From positions 124,001 to 188,000 of IMG/VR virus record IMGVR_UViG_3300024239_000013: 64,000 bases of DNA; one strand, 5' to 3'. The position numbers and the translations under genes were made by a program. A model generated the notes under the pieces. The model was not told the origin of the DNA and did no database searches. It worked only from the letters and a program-made list of their open reading frames with translations. How positions within the stretch are numbered: position 1 is the first letter of the stretch; every line of letters begins with the position of its first letter. Positions 1-10,803 of this stretch are shown here, in pieces.

Positions 1-1217
1 TTTCTTATTGCTCTAAGTTTTAATATATTTGCAATCTTCTGGAATTCGATTTCACTGTCTTCGTGAAGTATTTTAATGGTTTCTTCTTTATGCTCATCAG
101 AATCGTCTAAATATTCAACAACAGTTTTATAATACTTCAATTCAATCTCTAACGGTTCTGCGTCTGGATGGTCGTCAATGACAAATCTTCTGGATTCGGT
201 TTTTGTTTCATATTTAATCACCGAGAATTCATCGTTTGTGTTGAATACGATCTCCCTTTCTTCAATAATCGGATTATTAGCTATTAGTTTTTCCCCCTTT
301 AATATCTTAGATTTCTCTGACAATTCACCATATATAGCTTTTCTGATTATTCCATTCATTGTTGACACTGTCTTATTCCTCCAAGCTATCACCTTAGAAT
401 ATTCAGAATCATTCGCAAATTTATCAGTTACGAAATACTCTTTTAACTTTTCAGAAAATCCCCTTCTTACCTCCGGAGAATTGAGATTTAAAAACTCAAC
501 ACCCTCCCCATTTGAATTTACCTTAGAAATATTATCTATACTAAGTTTATTTGAATGTAATTCTTTTCTTATTATTACAGACGAATCTATTATTGCATTA
601 CCTTCTTTCTGTCTCATTATCTGATTAAGCTGAAGGGTCTTGATTCTATAGTGGTCCGCTAATTCTTCTCTGAAAGGTATACAGTCCGGCTTACCTACTG
701 GTGGTATCTGAGCAGGATCTCCCATGCATATAATTTTAATCTTATCCCTGTATTTTAATATCTCGTGAAATAAATCGTCATTTAGCATAGAAACCTCGTC
801 GATGATAAGTAGTCTAACTGTTTTTATCTGAGGCTTAAAGTCCCCTTGATTTACGAATTCTTGTTTGCCATCATTTGTTATTTTTTCAGTCAACCCAAGC
901 AACTTATGTATTGTTTGAAATGTTACTCTACTATTTCTTAATCCGCTAGTTTTCTTAATAACTCTAACAGATTTATTTGTAGGTCCAGTAACTGCTATTT
1001 TAAACCAATTATGTTTAGGATGTATCACTTCAAGAGCATATCTAACCAGTAAACTCACACAGTAAGTTTTACCGGTTCCTGCCCAACCTTTAAGAACATA
1101 AACACTATCGTCGGATTTATCATATATGAAATCCCTTAATTCTTCAAAAGCTTTCTTTTGATCTGAATTAAGGGTTTCTAGATTTATTATTGGTTTTTTG
1201 CTTTTAAATTTAGACAT
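1..1217 (-). CDS. Dda/RecD-like superfamily 1B DNA helicase (3' end runs off window)
   Basis: Not in the ORF track. Manual translation from ATG at 1217 gives Walker A GWAGTGKT, Walker B LLIIDEVSML and motif III MGDPAQIPPV. Confidence 0.88.
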   Translation of the reverse strand, partial: MSKFKSKKPIINLETLNSDQKKAFEELRDFIYDKSDDSVYVLKGWAGTGKTYCVSLLVRYALEVIHPKHNWFKIAVTGPTNKSVRVIKKTSGLRNSRVTFQTIHKLLGLTEKITNDGKQEFVNQGDFKPQIKTVRLLIIDEVSMLNDDLFHEILKYRDKIKIICMGDPAQIPPVGKPDCIPFREELADHYRIKTLQLNQIMRQKEGNAIIDSSVIIRKELHSNKLSIDNISKVNSNGEGVEFLNLNSPEVRRGFSEKLKEYFVTDKFANDSEYSKVIAWRNKTVSTMNGIIRKAIYGELSEKSKILKGEKLIANNPIIEEREIVFNTNDEFSVIKYETKTESRRFVIDDHPDAEPLEIELKYYKTVVEYLDDSDEHKEETIKILHEDSEIEFQKIANILKLRAIR

Positions 1218-1267
1218 CGCCTTTTATTTTTTTAAGTTATTTAGATGGACTGGATAACTTTTATTCA

Positions 1268-1876
1268 CTAGGGGCAGTATAATATAACCATATTATCTTT
1301 ATGTACATCTATATTTGGGTAAACCTCTCTAAATTTTTTAAGGTTGAAAGGTCTACATATCACATGAATCCCATTTTTTGTAGGGATCGTATGAACACTA
1401 TCATCTCTTCCTGTTTCGAAAATTAATTTCTGAACAAATTCAATAATTTCATTAATTCTCATATCATGGTCGCCTTCCAGATCCTTATAGTCTATATCTA
1501 CTATCCACTTTTTATCTGGATCTGAATGATGCTCCCCTGTAGAGGATGCATACGCGTTTTTTACGGCTTTGTAATTTCCTGAAGTGATATGATCCACAAT
1601 TTTCTTTAAAGTCTGCATAGCCACCTTATTTGCGTCTCTAACATTAAGTCTGAAGTATGCCCTAGCATTATGTTGGTTACATGTGGCTATGATATCAGAT
1701 TTCATACCATCAAATTGTTCCAGACTATAGATATAGTGATCTGATATATGGACCATATCCTTATTTAGATCCGGATTGTCTTTTCTTCTTTTAAGTATCT
1801 GAAGGAAGTAGAATGAATTCTCATTATCAAATTTTAAAAGATTTCTTATTGTATCAAAGTTGTTTACGATTTTCAT
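1268..1876 (-). CDS. Hypothetical protein, possible AEP/primase-like fold
   Basis: 202 aa ORF; WIVDID followed by TKNGIHV resembles AEP motifs I and II. Confidence 0.45.
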   Translation of the reverse strand: MKIVNNFDTIRNLLKFDNENSFYFLQILKRRKDNPDLNKDMVHISDHYIYSLEQFDGMKSDIIATCNQHNARAYFRLNVRDANKVAMQTLKKIVDHITSGNYKAVKNAYASSTGEHHSDPDKKWIVDIDYKDLEGDHDMRINEIIEFVQKLIFETGRDDSVHTIPTKNGIHVICRPFNLKKFREVYPNIDVHKDNMVILYCP

Positions 1877-1917
1877 GATTTTAACATATCTAATTTTTTA
1901 TTCCATTTTTATCTAAA

Positions 1918-2748
1918 TTATTCAAGAACCTCTGTTTCTATCACATCCCATCTTTCAAAAGTTCCAAATTCATATGGCGGATCTTGATCGATATACTGAT
2001 ACGTTTCATAGAATTCCTTTCTTTTCTCTTCCTTGTGTAATTGCATTGCAGTTTCTGCACCTTTTCTGGTTCTATGTAGACTGATCGTTACATATGGGCT
2101 TTCCTGGATGCAATCACTAAATACAAATTCGTATAATACATTTCCTAAATCGGGTTTAGATTCTCTGGTATTTCCAGATTCCCCCAGATTATTATATTTT
2201 TTTTCTGCTAAAAGATTATCAAGATCATTAAACATTTCTTGATATTCAATTGACCAAAGTTGTTTTTTAAAGTGCTCGTTTTCTTTTCTATAAGATTCGA
2301 ACATTCTGCTTCCCGATTGCTTTGAATATGATACATTTGCAAGTCTATCGCAAATTTTTACATAGGTAGCAAATGGAGTGTTTCTTATACCTTCATAATA
2401 TTTTGAATTTGCTCTTTCCCTTCTATTTTTCCCCTTCTCATTACTTAATGCATAGACAATATCAGCAACTTTTTCACCTAAAACTTTTTTTACGTCATTG
2501 TAAGTTTCTCTACAATCTTCAATTACATCATGCGTCCAACATGAAGCTAGCACTTCTTCTATGGTTTCATTATTGGGTAATATGTGAATATATTTACAGC
2601 CAAAATCATAAACCATTTTTAAATGAACATCATAAGGCTTACCGTCATATTTATGATTGGTTTCTGAATGTTTAAGAATAGCATATTCTCTTGCTTTGTT
2701 AATAAATTCGGACGAAAATGTTTGTTCTAAAATTCTATTGGTTGACAT
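1918..2748 (-). CDS. HD-domain (p)ppGpp hydrolase-like protein (RelA/SpoT hydrolase, Mesh1-like) with C-terminal extension
   Basis: Motifs H..YDGKPY..H, HDVIED and VKICDRLAN. Confidence 0.8.
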   Translation of the reverse strand: MSTNRILEQTFSSEFINKAREYAILKHSETNHKYDGKPYDVHLKMVYDFGCKYIHILPNNETIEEVLASCWTHDVIEDCRETYNDVKKVLGEKVADIVYALSNEKGKNRRERANSKYYEGIRNTPFATYVKICDRLANVSYSKQSGSRMFESYRKENEHFKKQLWSIEYQEMFNDLDNLLAEKKYNNLGESGNTRESKPDLGNVLYEFVFSDCIQESPYVTISLHRTRKGAETAMQLHKEEKRKEFYETYQYIDQDPPYEFGTFERWDVIETEVLE

Positions 2749-2817
2749 TTTATTATTTTTTTAATTTTATAGATCCGTAAATATAATTAAAAAATCCGGA
2801 TTAAAAAAATAAATTAA

Positions 2818-3612
2818 TTATAAAAATCTAGAAGCATATTTTTCAAAGGATTCTTTATGGAAAGTATTTGCATTTTCTCTTATGAATTCGTAATATTTGA
2901 AATAAACTTTTTCTAAATCAAAATCATTTCTTAGAGGTCTTTTTACAAAATCTAAAGAAGCTATTTTGTGATTTTTGAAATTATCGGGATTGTTTATGTC
3001 CCCTGACTGTTTATGTCCTGATATTTCATGAGGATCGCTCCAATTAAAGCAATATGACGGAACGTAATTCCAGAAGTTTTCGTCCAGATTACCCTCGTCT
3101 CTTAATTTGGTGTACCAACTTAGTCCCTCGTACCCAGTTAAATCTGATCTGAATCCTATTTCTCTAATTCTTTCCATTTTAACTATAACTGAAGCCTCCA
3201 AAGTATTCTGACACATTTCTATTCTTTCCGGAGATGCAAACATACTGGCTGCAGGTTTCCAAGCATCATTTCCATTAATCTTTATCCCATCCACTGCTTG
3301 CTCAATATGCCAGGGAAGATATATGTCATCGTCATCAGCCAGCATGAAATACTCTCCTGTTGCATGTCGGACTGCATCTCTACAAATTTGTCCTCTATTT
3401 TCGTAAGGTCTCCCAGTTTCATAATCAATGTTATTGTTGATAATTATAATATCAGGATCAGAAAATCCAAGTTCATATGGATATTCTTCGTCGGTGTTAA
3501 ATATAATCAGTTCCTTATTAGAGTATGTCTGTGCATAATACTGGGCAACGATTCTTTCAACACAAGTAAATCTTCTATATGTCGTGCAAACGAAACTAAC
3601 TTTATCCCTCAT
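2818..3612 (-). CDS. Glycosyltransferase, GT2-like
   Basis: VSFVCTTYRR, QTYSNKELII and YFMLADDDD (DxD). Confidence 0.8.
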   Translation of the reverse strand: MRDKVSFVCTTYRRFTCVERIVAQYYAQTYSNKELIIFNTDEEYPYELGFSDPDIIIINNNIDYETGRPYENRGQICRDAVRHATGEYFMLADDDDIYLPWHIEQAVDGIKINGNDAWKPAASMFASPERIEMCQNTLEASVIVKMERIREIGFRSDLTGYEGLSWYTKLRDEGNLDENFWNYVPSYCFNWSDPHEISGHKQSGDINNPDNFKNHKIASLDFVKRPLRNDFDLEKVYFKYYEFIRENANTFHKESFEKYASRFL

Positions 3613-4261
3613 AATACCCCAAATAATTTATATTACCCTCTTCAAAATTCCTCTTGTTTTCTGGACTCCATGAATAAAGAGCTCTATGTGTGCAATAATT
3701 ATTTTCCAATTCCTGAAACATCATATATTTTATATTTCTATTTTCCATCTCTTTCCCTACGATACTGTGATCCGTCTCATAACTAAATCCTAAATATCTT
3801 TTGACAACTTCACCCATCCAACTTGGACCATACCATCCACCAAAATCAGGAGATATATCATTTAGCAAATATTCAGATATCTCACTCCCTTTGGAAGATC
3901 CAAAGCATCCATTTGGAATGGTATAATCATTACCTCCGTGATAGAAAAAAACAGAATCATGTTTACCAAGATCAGATTTACTTAGAGGTCCTATAGGCTG
4001 AAAATCTACGTCAAGATAAAGCCCGCCGAATTTATTAACTATAAAAACTCTTAGAACATCAGCAACATGAGCATAATCTTTTTGTGAAAGAAACATATCA
4101 CATCTTTTTCTGATGTTCTTGGGTAGTTCCGGCAAATTAGAATCTGTCCATAAAATATGTTCCCAGTCTGGATTCATATTCTTCATTCTTTGGACAAATA
4201 TTTTCTCTCGATCTGGCATTTGATATGGACCAATCCAGATTTGATGTATTATTTTTTCCAT
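3602..4261 (-). CDS. Glycosyltransferase, GT32/OCH1-like (DxD)
   Basis: KIIHQIW, ADVLR and GGLYLDVD. Confidence 0.85.
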   Translation of the reverse strand: MEKIIHQIWIGPYQMPDREKIFVQRMKNMNPDWEHILWTDSNLPELPKNIRKRCDMFLSQKDYAHVADVLRVFIVNKFGGLYLDVDFQPIGPLSKSDLGKHDSVFFYHGGNDYTIPNGCFGSSKGSEISEYLLNDISPDFGGWYGPSWMGEVVKRYLGFSYETDHSIVGKEMENRNIKYMMFQELENNYCTHRALYSWSPENKRNFEEGNINYLGYYEG

Positions 4262-4283
4262 ATTTTATTATACCTATCTAAAT

Positions 4284-4312
4284 AAAAAAATTCCAATCTA
4301 AAGATTGGAATT
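4284..4312 (-). terminator. Intrinsic terminator-like hairpin
   Basis: aattccaatct-aa-agattggaatt inverted repeat with an adjacent A/T run. Confidence 0.6.
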
Positions 4313-4340
4313 CGGTAATATTCTAAATTGTATGTTTTAT

Positions 4341-4598
4341 TTAATGACGAAAATCATCAAAATGAATTAGGTTTTCTAATCCATTTTCTAATCCATTTTC
4401 TGATAATTTTTGATTTGGCTGCATCGCAGGAGCATCTTGAACCCATTTAGCTACACCTAGTGCTTTAACTGCTGCTCTTTCGTGGTATGCTTTATGAGGA
4501 AATGTTCCACAGTATGGACATTCTTTTTCAGGATCTAATATTGATTTACCACACCCTGAACATGTATCCTGTCTTTTTCTCTCAAGTAGATTTTTCAT
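4341..4598 (-). CDS. Small zinc-ribbon protein
   Basis: CSGC...CPYC. Confidence 0.6.
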   Translation of the reverse strand: MKNLLERKRQDTCSGCGKSILDPEKECPYCGTFPHKAYHERAAVKALGVAKWVQDAPAMQPNQKLSENGLENGLENLIHFDDFRH

Positions 4599-4613
4599 CT
4601 TCTTTATTTATTT

Positions 4614-5870
4614 TTAGATGAATCTAAGTGCTCTTGAAACCTTAATTAATTTCTTAGTTAACTCGTCAATATCTTCTCCTCTGGTTGTAATGTTAACAAG
4701 TTCTTGTAGATCCTCATTTTCTCCGATTATTCCCTTTAATCTAACAGAACCATTTTTTAAAAGATATTTTATTAATAGTGCTTTAGCATTTTTATGAATA
4801 GCTGATCCTTCCTGACCTGGATCTATGAAAACGCTTGCAGATAAGGTCTCTGCAGCTTCGGTGAAATAATCACTCAGTAATCTGTTCAATTCATTAATGG
4901 TTTCGATTTTTTCCTGTGCATTACTTCTGATGCTATATGTAGGCGTTATTAAATGTTCCTTTTCATATCTGCCTTTAGCTCTCTTGAAAGTTCTTTTAAA
5001 TATTGCGATAAAAACTGAACCAAATATTTCGTTATCTTGAATATTACATTTAACCGAATTGTCACCCGTTCTAAAATTAACACTATTTAAAGGCATCCTA
5101 TTAGAATTATTAACCCTCCATACCTCATAGCTTGAGCCATACATCGTTCCAGCTAAAGAACTTTGGCTAACTCCTACTATCCGTGCTACTAATTCCCCGT
5201 ATAATTCCCCAACTCTCTTCGTTGCTCTTGAATAGAACCTATATTTTGGAGATATCTGATCAACTTTATTTATTATAGTTCTATCGTTTTTATCACCCTT
5301 ACCAACAATTCCCATGTCATCCAGATTTTGTATAGTCGGTAATGCTACAACTGCATTAACATCTAAATCTGATAGCTCATGTCCTCCTATAACTTCTTTC
5401 ATTCTAGAAAGAATCTCTGGCATATCCATTTTGGATCCAATAGGAACAAGCTCTTCGAAATTTAATTTAGGTATATCTTTCTTTGGTATGATAGCTGCTG
5501 GTATATTATTTCTTATAATTCTTAATAGAAGAGCTCTTAAACATTCCTCTGGTGTATTGAACTTAGAAAGGTTATATCTTTCAACCCCCAATTTAGACGA
5601 AAGGTACTCATAGCAATATTCACCCTCTTCGTTTTTAAATATAGCAACCTTTGCCATAGGACCGGTTCTTCTTTCTAGAACTACCTCTCTATATCTTATT
5701 TCATAAACATCAACTCCGATGGATTTTAAGTCTCCTCCTTCTATGCTATTTCTGAATGAGTCATACATTTCCTTAGTACTATCATTAAGAGAATACCATT
5801 TTCTACCTTCGTCGAGTTCAAATTCAGAAGAATTAGATTCGAATGTTTTATAACCAAGTATTTTTTCCAT
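4614..5870 (-). CDS. Hypothetical protein, probable late/virion-internal
   Basis: 418 aa; N-terminal KILGYKTFES; TATATA motif upstream. Confidence 0.55.
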   Translation of the reverse strand: MEKILGYKTFESNSSEFELDEGRKWYSLNDSTKEMYDSFRNSIEGGDLKSIGVDVYEIRYREVVLERRTGPMAKVAIFKNEEGEYCYEYLSSKLGVERYNLSKFNTPEECLRALLLRIIRNNIPAAIIPKKDIPKLNFEELVPIGSKMDMPEILSRMKEVIGGHELSDLDVNAVVALPTIQNLDDMGIVGKGDKNDRTIINKVDQISPKYRFYSRATKRVGELYGELVARIVGVSQSSLAGTMYGSSYEVWRVNNSNRMPLNSVNFRTGDNSVKCNIQDNEIFGSVFIAIFKRTFKRAKGRYEKEHLITPTYSIRSNAQEKIETINELNRLLSDYFTEAAETLSASVFIDPGQEGSAIHKNAKALLIKYLLKNGSVRLKGIIGENEDLQELVNITTRGEDIDELTKKLIKVSRALRFI

Positions 5871-5882
5871 ATAACTATATAT

Positions 5883-7439
5883 TTAAATTCTTTTATCAAA
5901 CTGTTCAATTATCCAGTCTCTATTAGCTACTATATTTTCCATATCGATAATGTCCCTTTCCTTAACCCCAAGTGAATCTAGATCATCCAAATTTAGTATA
6001 TCCTCCATAGCTTGAATCCCGTCTAGTGAGGTTTCTTTAATTTTTTCCATCTCCTCTTTTGTATACTCCTTTCCTACAAGAGCATCAAAAACATTAAATG
6101 TTGCTTCTGTATAAATTCCAAATTCTGTGAACATTTTCATAAAAGTTGATTTAGATAAACCTTTATCCTTAGCTATAATTTCGGCTACAATACCAGAAAC
6201 TTGTTTCCAATCTTCCTCTGACATTACTCCAGATAGGAAACCTTTGTTCATCGAAATTAATGAATGTATAATTTTTGACGGTGTAAGACTTTCCCCTTCT
6301 CTGTAATAATATTCCAATGCTAATTTAATGTCACACTCCTTTTCAAATTTATTTTGTACCTCAGATATCAAATCTTCAGGATATCCAAGTCCTCTTAGAG
6401 CATCTATATAATTTCTGAAATAGTTACCATTTTTATCCCTAAGTCTATTGTTTGGTCTATTTGCATCGGTATGTATAGTTCCGTCTGGGTTTACTGTCAT
6501 TCCAATTAAGCTTAAATCGTTCGTTATTGGTAATTTTTTGTTAAGAATGTTAATCTGTACTCTTCCTTTACCGTAAGACCAAAATGTTGAATCTGTTCTA
6601 ATACACCAGTTTGTATCTGCACATACTGCTCTCTGAGCCTCTGGTGTTCTAGCTGACATCGCAATATATCCACCTTTTGAATATAATATCCCTGCTTTTG
6701 GACCAAGTTCTTTTAGACTTTTAAGTAAACCATTTTCATCTTGACCCCAAGTTTTTATGTGATCTAAAGCATCTTGGATAAGGTCTTTTAATGCAACTTT
6801 CTCGTCGCTATATTGAGGATATAATTCGACATGATCGTACTTCTTCATAGTTTTGGAGAAAGTCTTCCATGCGTTTTTAACAGTACCCTCGTCGTCTACT
6901 ACATCTTTCAATCCTTTTAACTGATTTGAAATGGTAGTTAATTCATCAAGTTCTTCTTTGGATGCTCTATTAAATGCTTTTTTCATTCTAGGAGTTAGCT
7001 CATTGTAAAACTCCTTAAGTTTTCTTCTTCTTTCTATATTTCTTAATTCGTCACCCAAACGTTCATATCCTGGTCTATGATCTTCATCATCAGGAACTAC
7101 CTTGGTAAAATCTCCTACTGGCATACTAAGCTCTGAAAGCTGTCCTTTGAATCTAGTAAGGTATGTTAATATTTCTTCTAGTTCCTCCATATGAGCTTTT
7201 TGTTCTATGTAAAATACTAAGAAAGGGAAGACATACCCAGGTTGTTTACTAAGAAGATTCTTAATTTCAATAAATTTACGATCCATTAAAATTTCTTTCT
7301 TTTCTTCATCACTCAATTCTGATGGTTTAACTTTCTTCTTCTCTGCATATTTTTTAATTAAATAATCTTTTGCAGCTTGAATATTCTCCATCAAAGGGGC
7401 AACTTCAAAAAACCCATGGAAACTTTTAATTTTATTCAT
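5883..7439 (-). CDS. Hypothetical protein, probable late/virion-internal
   Basis: 518 aa; N-terminal KIKSFHGFFE; internal TNWCI motif. Confidence 0.55.
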   Translation of the reverse strand: MNKIKSFHGFFEVAPLMENIQAAKDYLIKKYAEKKKVKPSELSDEEKKEILMDRKFIEIKNLLSKQPGYVFPFLVFYIEQKAHMEELEEILTYLTRFKGQLSELSMPVGDFTKVVPDDEDHRPGYERLGDELRNIERRRKLKEFYNELTPRMKKAFNRASKEELDELTTISNQLKGLKDVVDDEGTVKNAWKTFSKTMKKYDHVELYPQYSDEKVALKDLIQDALDHIKTWGQDENGLLKSLKELGPKAGILYSKGGYIAMSARTPEAQRAVCADTNWCIRTDSTFWSYGKGRVQINILNKKLPITNDLSLIGMTVNPDGTIHTDANRPNNRLRDKNGNYFRNYIDALRGLGYPEDLISEVQNKFEKECDIKLALEYYYREGESLTPSKIIHSLISMNKGFLSGVMSEEDWKQVSGIVAEIIAKDKGLSKSTFMKMFTEFGIYTEATFNVFDALVGKEYTKEEMEKIKETSLDGIQAMEDILNLDDLDSLGVKERDIIDMENIVANRDWIIEQFDKRI

Positions 7440-7459
7440 ATCTATAATATTTTAATTTA

Positions 7460-7469
7460 GATATATATC
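7460..7469. promoter_or_regulatory. Palindromic GATATATATC, candidate bidirectional late promoter
   Basis: Lies in the 50-bp gap between divergent genes; the RRTATATA motif recurs before many genes. Confidence 0.55.
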
Positions 7470-7489
7470 AAAAATCAAAATCAAATAAT

Positions 7490-7774
7490 ATGAAAATTAT
7501 CACTAAAATTGATGAGTTTTTGGCTACTAAAACAGCTAATCAGCCTTCAACTAAGCCTGCAGAGCCTATTACTATACCAAAAACCAGACCGGGGACTACA
7601 CCAACCCCGACCCCATCTAGGCCAAGTCCAATCAGAAGAGATAAACCTTCAGTTGAACCTGCTCCGAAGGCTAAGGTTAATGACGTTATGAAAAGATTCA
7701 TGGAGGAACTTAGAAAAACTAAAGCACCAATAAATTTCAATTTAAGCAAACTAAAAGAAAAGTATGAAGATTAA
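7490..7774 (+). CDS. Pro/Thr-rich hypothetical protein
   Basis: 94 aa; PT-rich linker; overlaps the start of the next gene. Confidence 0.7.
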   Translation: MKIITKIDEFLATKTANQPSTKPAEPITIPKTRPGTTPTPTPSRPSPIRRDKPSVEPAPKAKVNDVMKRFMEELRKTKAPINFNLSKLKEKYED

Positions 7775-9164
7775 TAAAATTAACCAAAGAATAGAGGAAG
7801 CATCTCTTAAAGGAAATCCTGCTATACCAGGAGAAGGTGGTAAAGAAGGGGGATATCTTTCTGATGTTGAAAGAAGAGCAGAAGAAAGAAATGCAGAGCT
7901 TGCTAGAAGACACGGAGGAGATATCCCTCGTTTTATGAGTTTCGTTTCACAAGCTAGACAAATACAATCTGGAAAGGAAAAAGAACTAGAAAAACTTGCA
8001 GAAAAAGCAATAAGAGCAATGTATGGAAGTATATTGGATGAGGTTGAACTTAAAATTAGATTTCCCAAACCTGGAGCAATTAAGGACATGATGGAGAAAG
8101 TCCAACCAGAGCCTATGGAAATGCCTCAATTGAAACAACTTGAAGATGCTGGCATTATTTCGGAAATACATAAGAGAAAGATTGCAAACAATATAACTCA
8201 AGGAGAAGCAAAGAACACGAAACTTATGCTAAATTTACCTGAAGTTGTTGATGGATTGGAGGAAATAATGGGGGGAGAAAATGGCAGAAAATACGTCGAT
8301 TTGCTTAATAAGATAACAGAAATTGCTGGGTTTTTTGATTGGAACATACCAATGGAGGTTCAAAAAGAAATGTGGGCTAGAGATAAATCAGGATTCTCCG
8401 GATCTGTTAAAGTGGAATGGGAAACTCCGGAAGACTCTAAAGAGAACGAAGAGAATGCACAAGACATCCTAGATAAGTTAATGAATAGCTCAGATTTACC
8501 AGAAGACGACGTGGAAGATCTTTTTGATGAGACTAAACCAACTATTCATGCATTGGGTACAGATTTTGCTATGCTGCTTCATGAAACGGTTAAAGGTATC
8601 TACGAACTAATCGCAGCTAATGCGATACCGGACGATGAGGAAGATGCAGAGATTATAATTTCAAATACGGATTCATTAGCAGATGAAATCGAGGATCTTA
8701 GATACGGTCCTGAAATTGCTGCAGATCTTAGAGATTTTATAAATGGATTTCCCGAATCTAACAAGGTTGAGAATTTAAGAGAACACGTTTTTGGTAAACT
8801 TATGTTATTACCAGCAAAACAATTCTTAGATACCATATTCTATATTCTTAGCGACGATCCTAGAGGTAAACATGCTATTCAAAAACTAATCAATGAGGTT
8901 GTAGAAGAGATTAATGATTATAAGGATGCTATAAAAAATGGGGATTTCGAATCTCCATCTGATAATGAGCCGGAAGAAGAAGGAGAAGTAGATTACGAAA
9001 ATATGTCAAAAAGAGATCTAATGGCTCTAATTGATCAGGCTTTAGATGCTGAAGATTATGATAGAGTAAGAGATCTTTCTCAATATTTAAAAGAATCGAA
9101 GCAGAGGGATCTTTTCGAAAGAGTCCATCAAAAATTAGGATATCCAGGTAAAAGAGATATTTAA
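7764..9164 (+). CDS. Hypothetical acidic protein with C-terminal UVR-like motif
   Basis: 466 aa; LLHETVKG; LIDQALDAEDYDRVRDL. Confidence 0.6.
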   Translation: MKINKINQRIEEASLKGNPAIPGEGGKEGGYLSDVERRAEERNAELARRHGGDIPRFMSFVSQARQIQSGKEKELEKLAEKAIRAMYGSILDEVELKIRFPKPGAIKDMMEKVQPEPMEMPQLKQLEDAGIISEIHKRKIANNITQGEAKNTKLMLNLPEVVDGLEEIMGGENGRKYVDLLNKITEIAGFFDWNIPMEVQKEMWARDKSGFSGSVKVEWETPEDSKENEENAQDILDKLMNSSDLPEDDVEDLFDETKPTIHALGTDFAMLLHETVKGIYELIAANAIPDDEEDAEIIISNTDSLADEIEDLRYGPEIAADLRDFINGFPESNKVENLREHVFGKLMLLPAKQFLDTIFYILSDDPRGKHAIQKLINEVVEEINDYKDAIKNGDFESPSDNEPEEEGEVDYENMSKRDLMALIDQALDAEDYDRVRDLSQYLKESKQRDLFERVHQKLGYPGKRDI

Positions 9165-9191
9165 TAAAATAAGGACAAAATAAAAAAAAAT

Positions 9192-9226
9192 AAAAAACCT
9201 AGAACTTTAAAATTCTAGGTTTTTTT
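9192..9226. terminator. Bidirectional intrinsic terminator
   Basis: aaaaaacctagaa...ttctaggtttttt between convergent genes. Confidence 0.8.
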
Positions 9227-9246
9227 ATTTTATATTCTAAATTTAT

Positions 9247-10803
9247 CTATGAATTCTTTAAACTTTCTTTTAGACGATTTCTAACATCCTCTAGAGTTGT
9301 TCTATTTTTAAATTCACCATTTAGATATATTGTTTTTAGTTCACCTTGATTTTCTCTTTCCCAATCACAGTGATCGTATAATTCATATTTACCATCAACG
9401 TCATTTTTAAATACTGATAATAAACCGGTTGCAGATTTTTTAATACCATCATCTGTAATAGGATCTTTGAAGATTTCTCTTGCTTCTCCATTTACTTCTA
9501 CGTAGGTTGCTTTCATTGCGAAACCGAAAGTATCACGTGTATTGTACTGATATGTAAATGAACCAATTCCTAAAACAACGTTGGTTGATGCGAATCCTTT
9601 TTCTGCTAATCTTCTACAAATTTCTTCTGCTCTTTCTAATGTAATAGAATCTCCATAAATTGCACCGATATGAGGATCTAAAACCTTATATCCCTGCTCG
9701 TTCACCTCCCCGCCGAAAACATCCCATAAAAGTTCAATAACACCCTTAAATTCAGGTCTATCCCATTCGTCAACATCATCGTAATACTTAAATGCTTCTA
9801 GCGCTTTTGGATTGGTATTAAGTCCGCATAAGATATCTACTGGATCCCCACTATCAGGTCTAATTACCAATTTACCATCTCTGGATAGAATTTCATCCTT
9901 TAATTCTTTGACATGACTAGTACAAACTTTCCACAAATCCCATGTATCCGATACCACAGATAGAATCCCAGTAGGATATGTCTTAATGAGTCTTCTAAAA
10001 GTTTCTAGTTCGTCTTCCTTTCCTCCTGCGCACATTACAGAATGTTCAGTTGCATTTACACTTCCACAAACCATTCCTTCTGCATGATAGTATTTACGAG
10101 CTCCGTAAATAGTTGGTAAGCTATCAGATCCCAAGAAAGAAGTAAGGTGAGAAACACCGGAAGAGATTACAGCCTCTACCGAGTCCATCCCTCTCATAGA
10201 GAAATCGTGACCTTGCCAATCAACGAACCAAGATTTTTCGGCATCTGTTTTTTCTTGCCATTTTGTAAGAATCTTTCTGTATTGGTGTGCGATGGTTGCT
10301 GAAGTCATCGGTTTCCATAAAAGATTTGATAATATAGTTTCTAGATAATTGGTAACCCAATAGAACTTAGGGTGTGTGTTGTATATGGTTAAAACCGGAA
10401 CCCTAATAGGAACTAAGCTACCTTCATCTATAGCTTTAACGTGGATTGGAAGATATCCAAGATCCCATAATTCCTGGAAGTGCGTTACATCGTAATCAGA
10501 TCCCAGATACATTGAAAGTTCTTTTTTCATTTCTTCAACAACTGGAACTAGATAAGTTGGATCGTTTTTTCTTTTAACTAACATAAGATCTCTTTCTAGA
10601 CCGTGTTGGAAAAATTCTTTTTCAAAAGCTTCGTGTATTTGCATCATCGTCATCTGCTCTCCAAAGCTAACGACTGCGTCACAACCAGAAGGTGCATATT
10701 TATTACTTCTTGGAGTGAAATTAGAGTAAACTAGTTCTGTTCCTTCTGGGTATTGTTGATGGTGTCCTGTTTTATAACCATCTGTTAAAAGTAGTGGATT
10801 CAT
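9247..10803 (-). CDS. Nicotinamide phosphoribosyltransferase-like protein (Nampt/NadV; probable Namat)
   Basis: LTDGYK.GH..QYP, HDFSMRG, ATEHSVM, VIRPDSGDP and IYGDSIT. Confidence 0.92.
   Translation of the reverse strand: MNPLLLTDGYKTGHHQQYPEGTELVYSNFTPRSNKYAPSGCDAVVSFGEQMTMMQIHEAFEKEFFQHGLERDLMLVKRKNDPTYLVPVVEEMKKELSMYLGSDYDVTHFQELWDLGYLPIHVKAIDEGSLVPIRVPVLTIYNTHPKFYWVTNYLETILSNLLWKPMTSATIAHQYRKILTKWQEKTDAEKSWFVDWQGHDFSMRGMDSVEAVISSGVSHLTSFLGSDSLPTIYGARKYYHAEGMVCGSVNATEHSVMCAGGKEDELETFRRLIKTYPTGILSVVSDTWDLWKVCTSHVKELKDEILSRDGKLVIRPDSGDPVDILCGLNTNPKALEAFKYYDDVDEWDRPEFKGVIELLWDVFGGEVNEQGYKVLDPHIGAIYGDSITLERAEEICRRLAEKGFASTNVVLGIGSFTYQYNTRDTFGFAMKATYVEVNGEAREIFKDPITDDGIKKSATGLLSVFKNDVDGKYELYDHCDWERENQGELKTIYLNGEFKNRTTLEDVRNRLKESLKNS

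Noticed and set aside
178-624. 148-aa plus-strand ORF
   Set aside because: Antisense shadow of the helicase gene on the minus strand.
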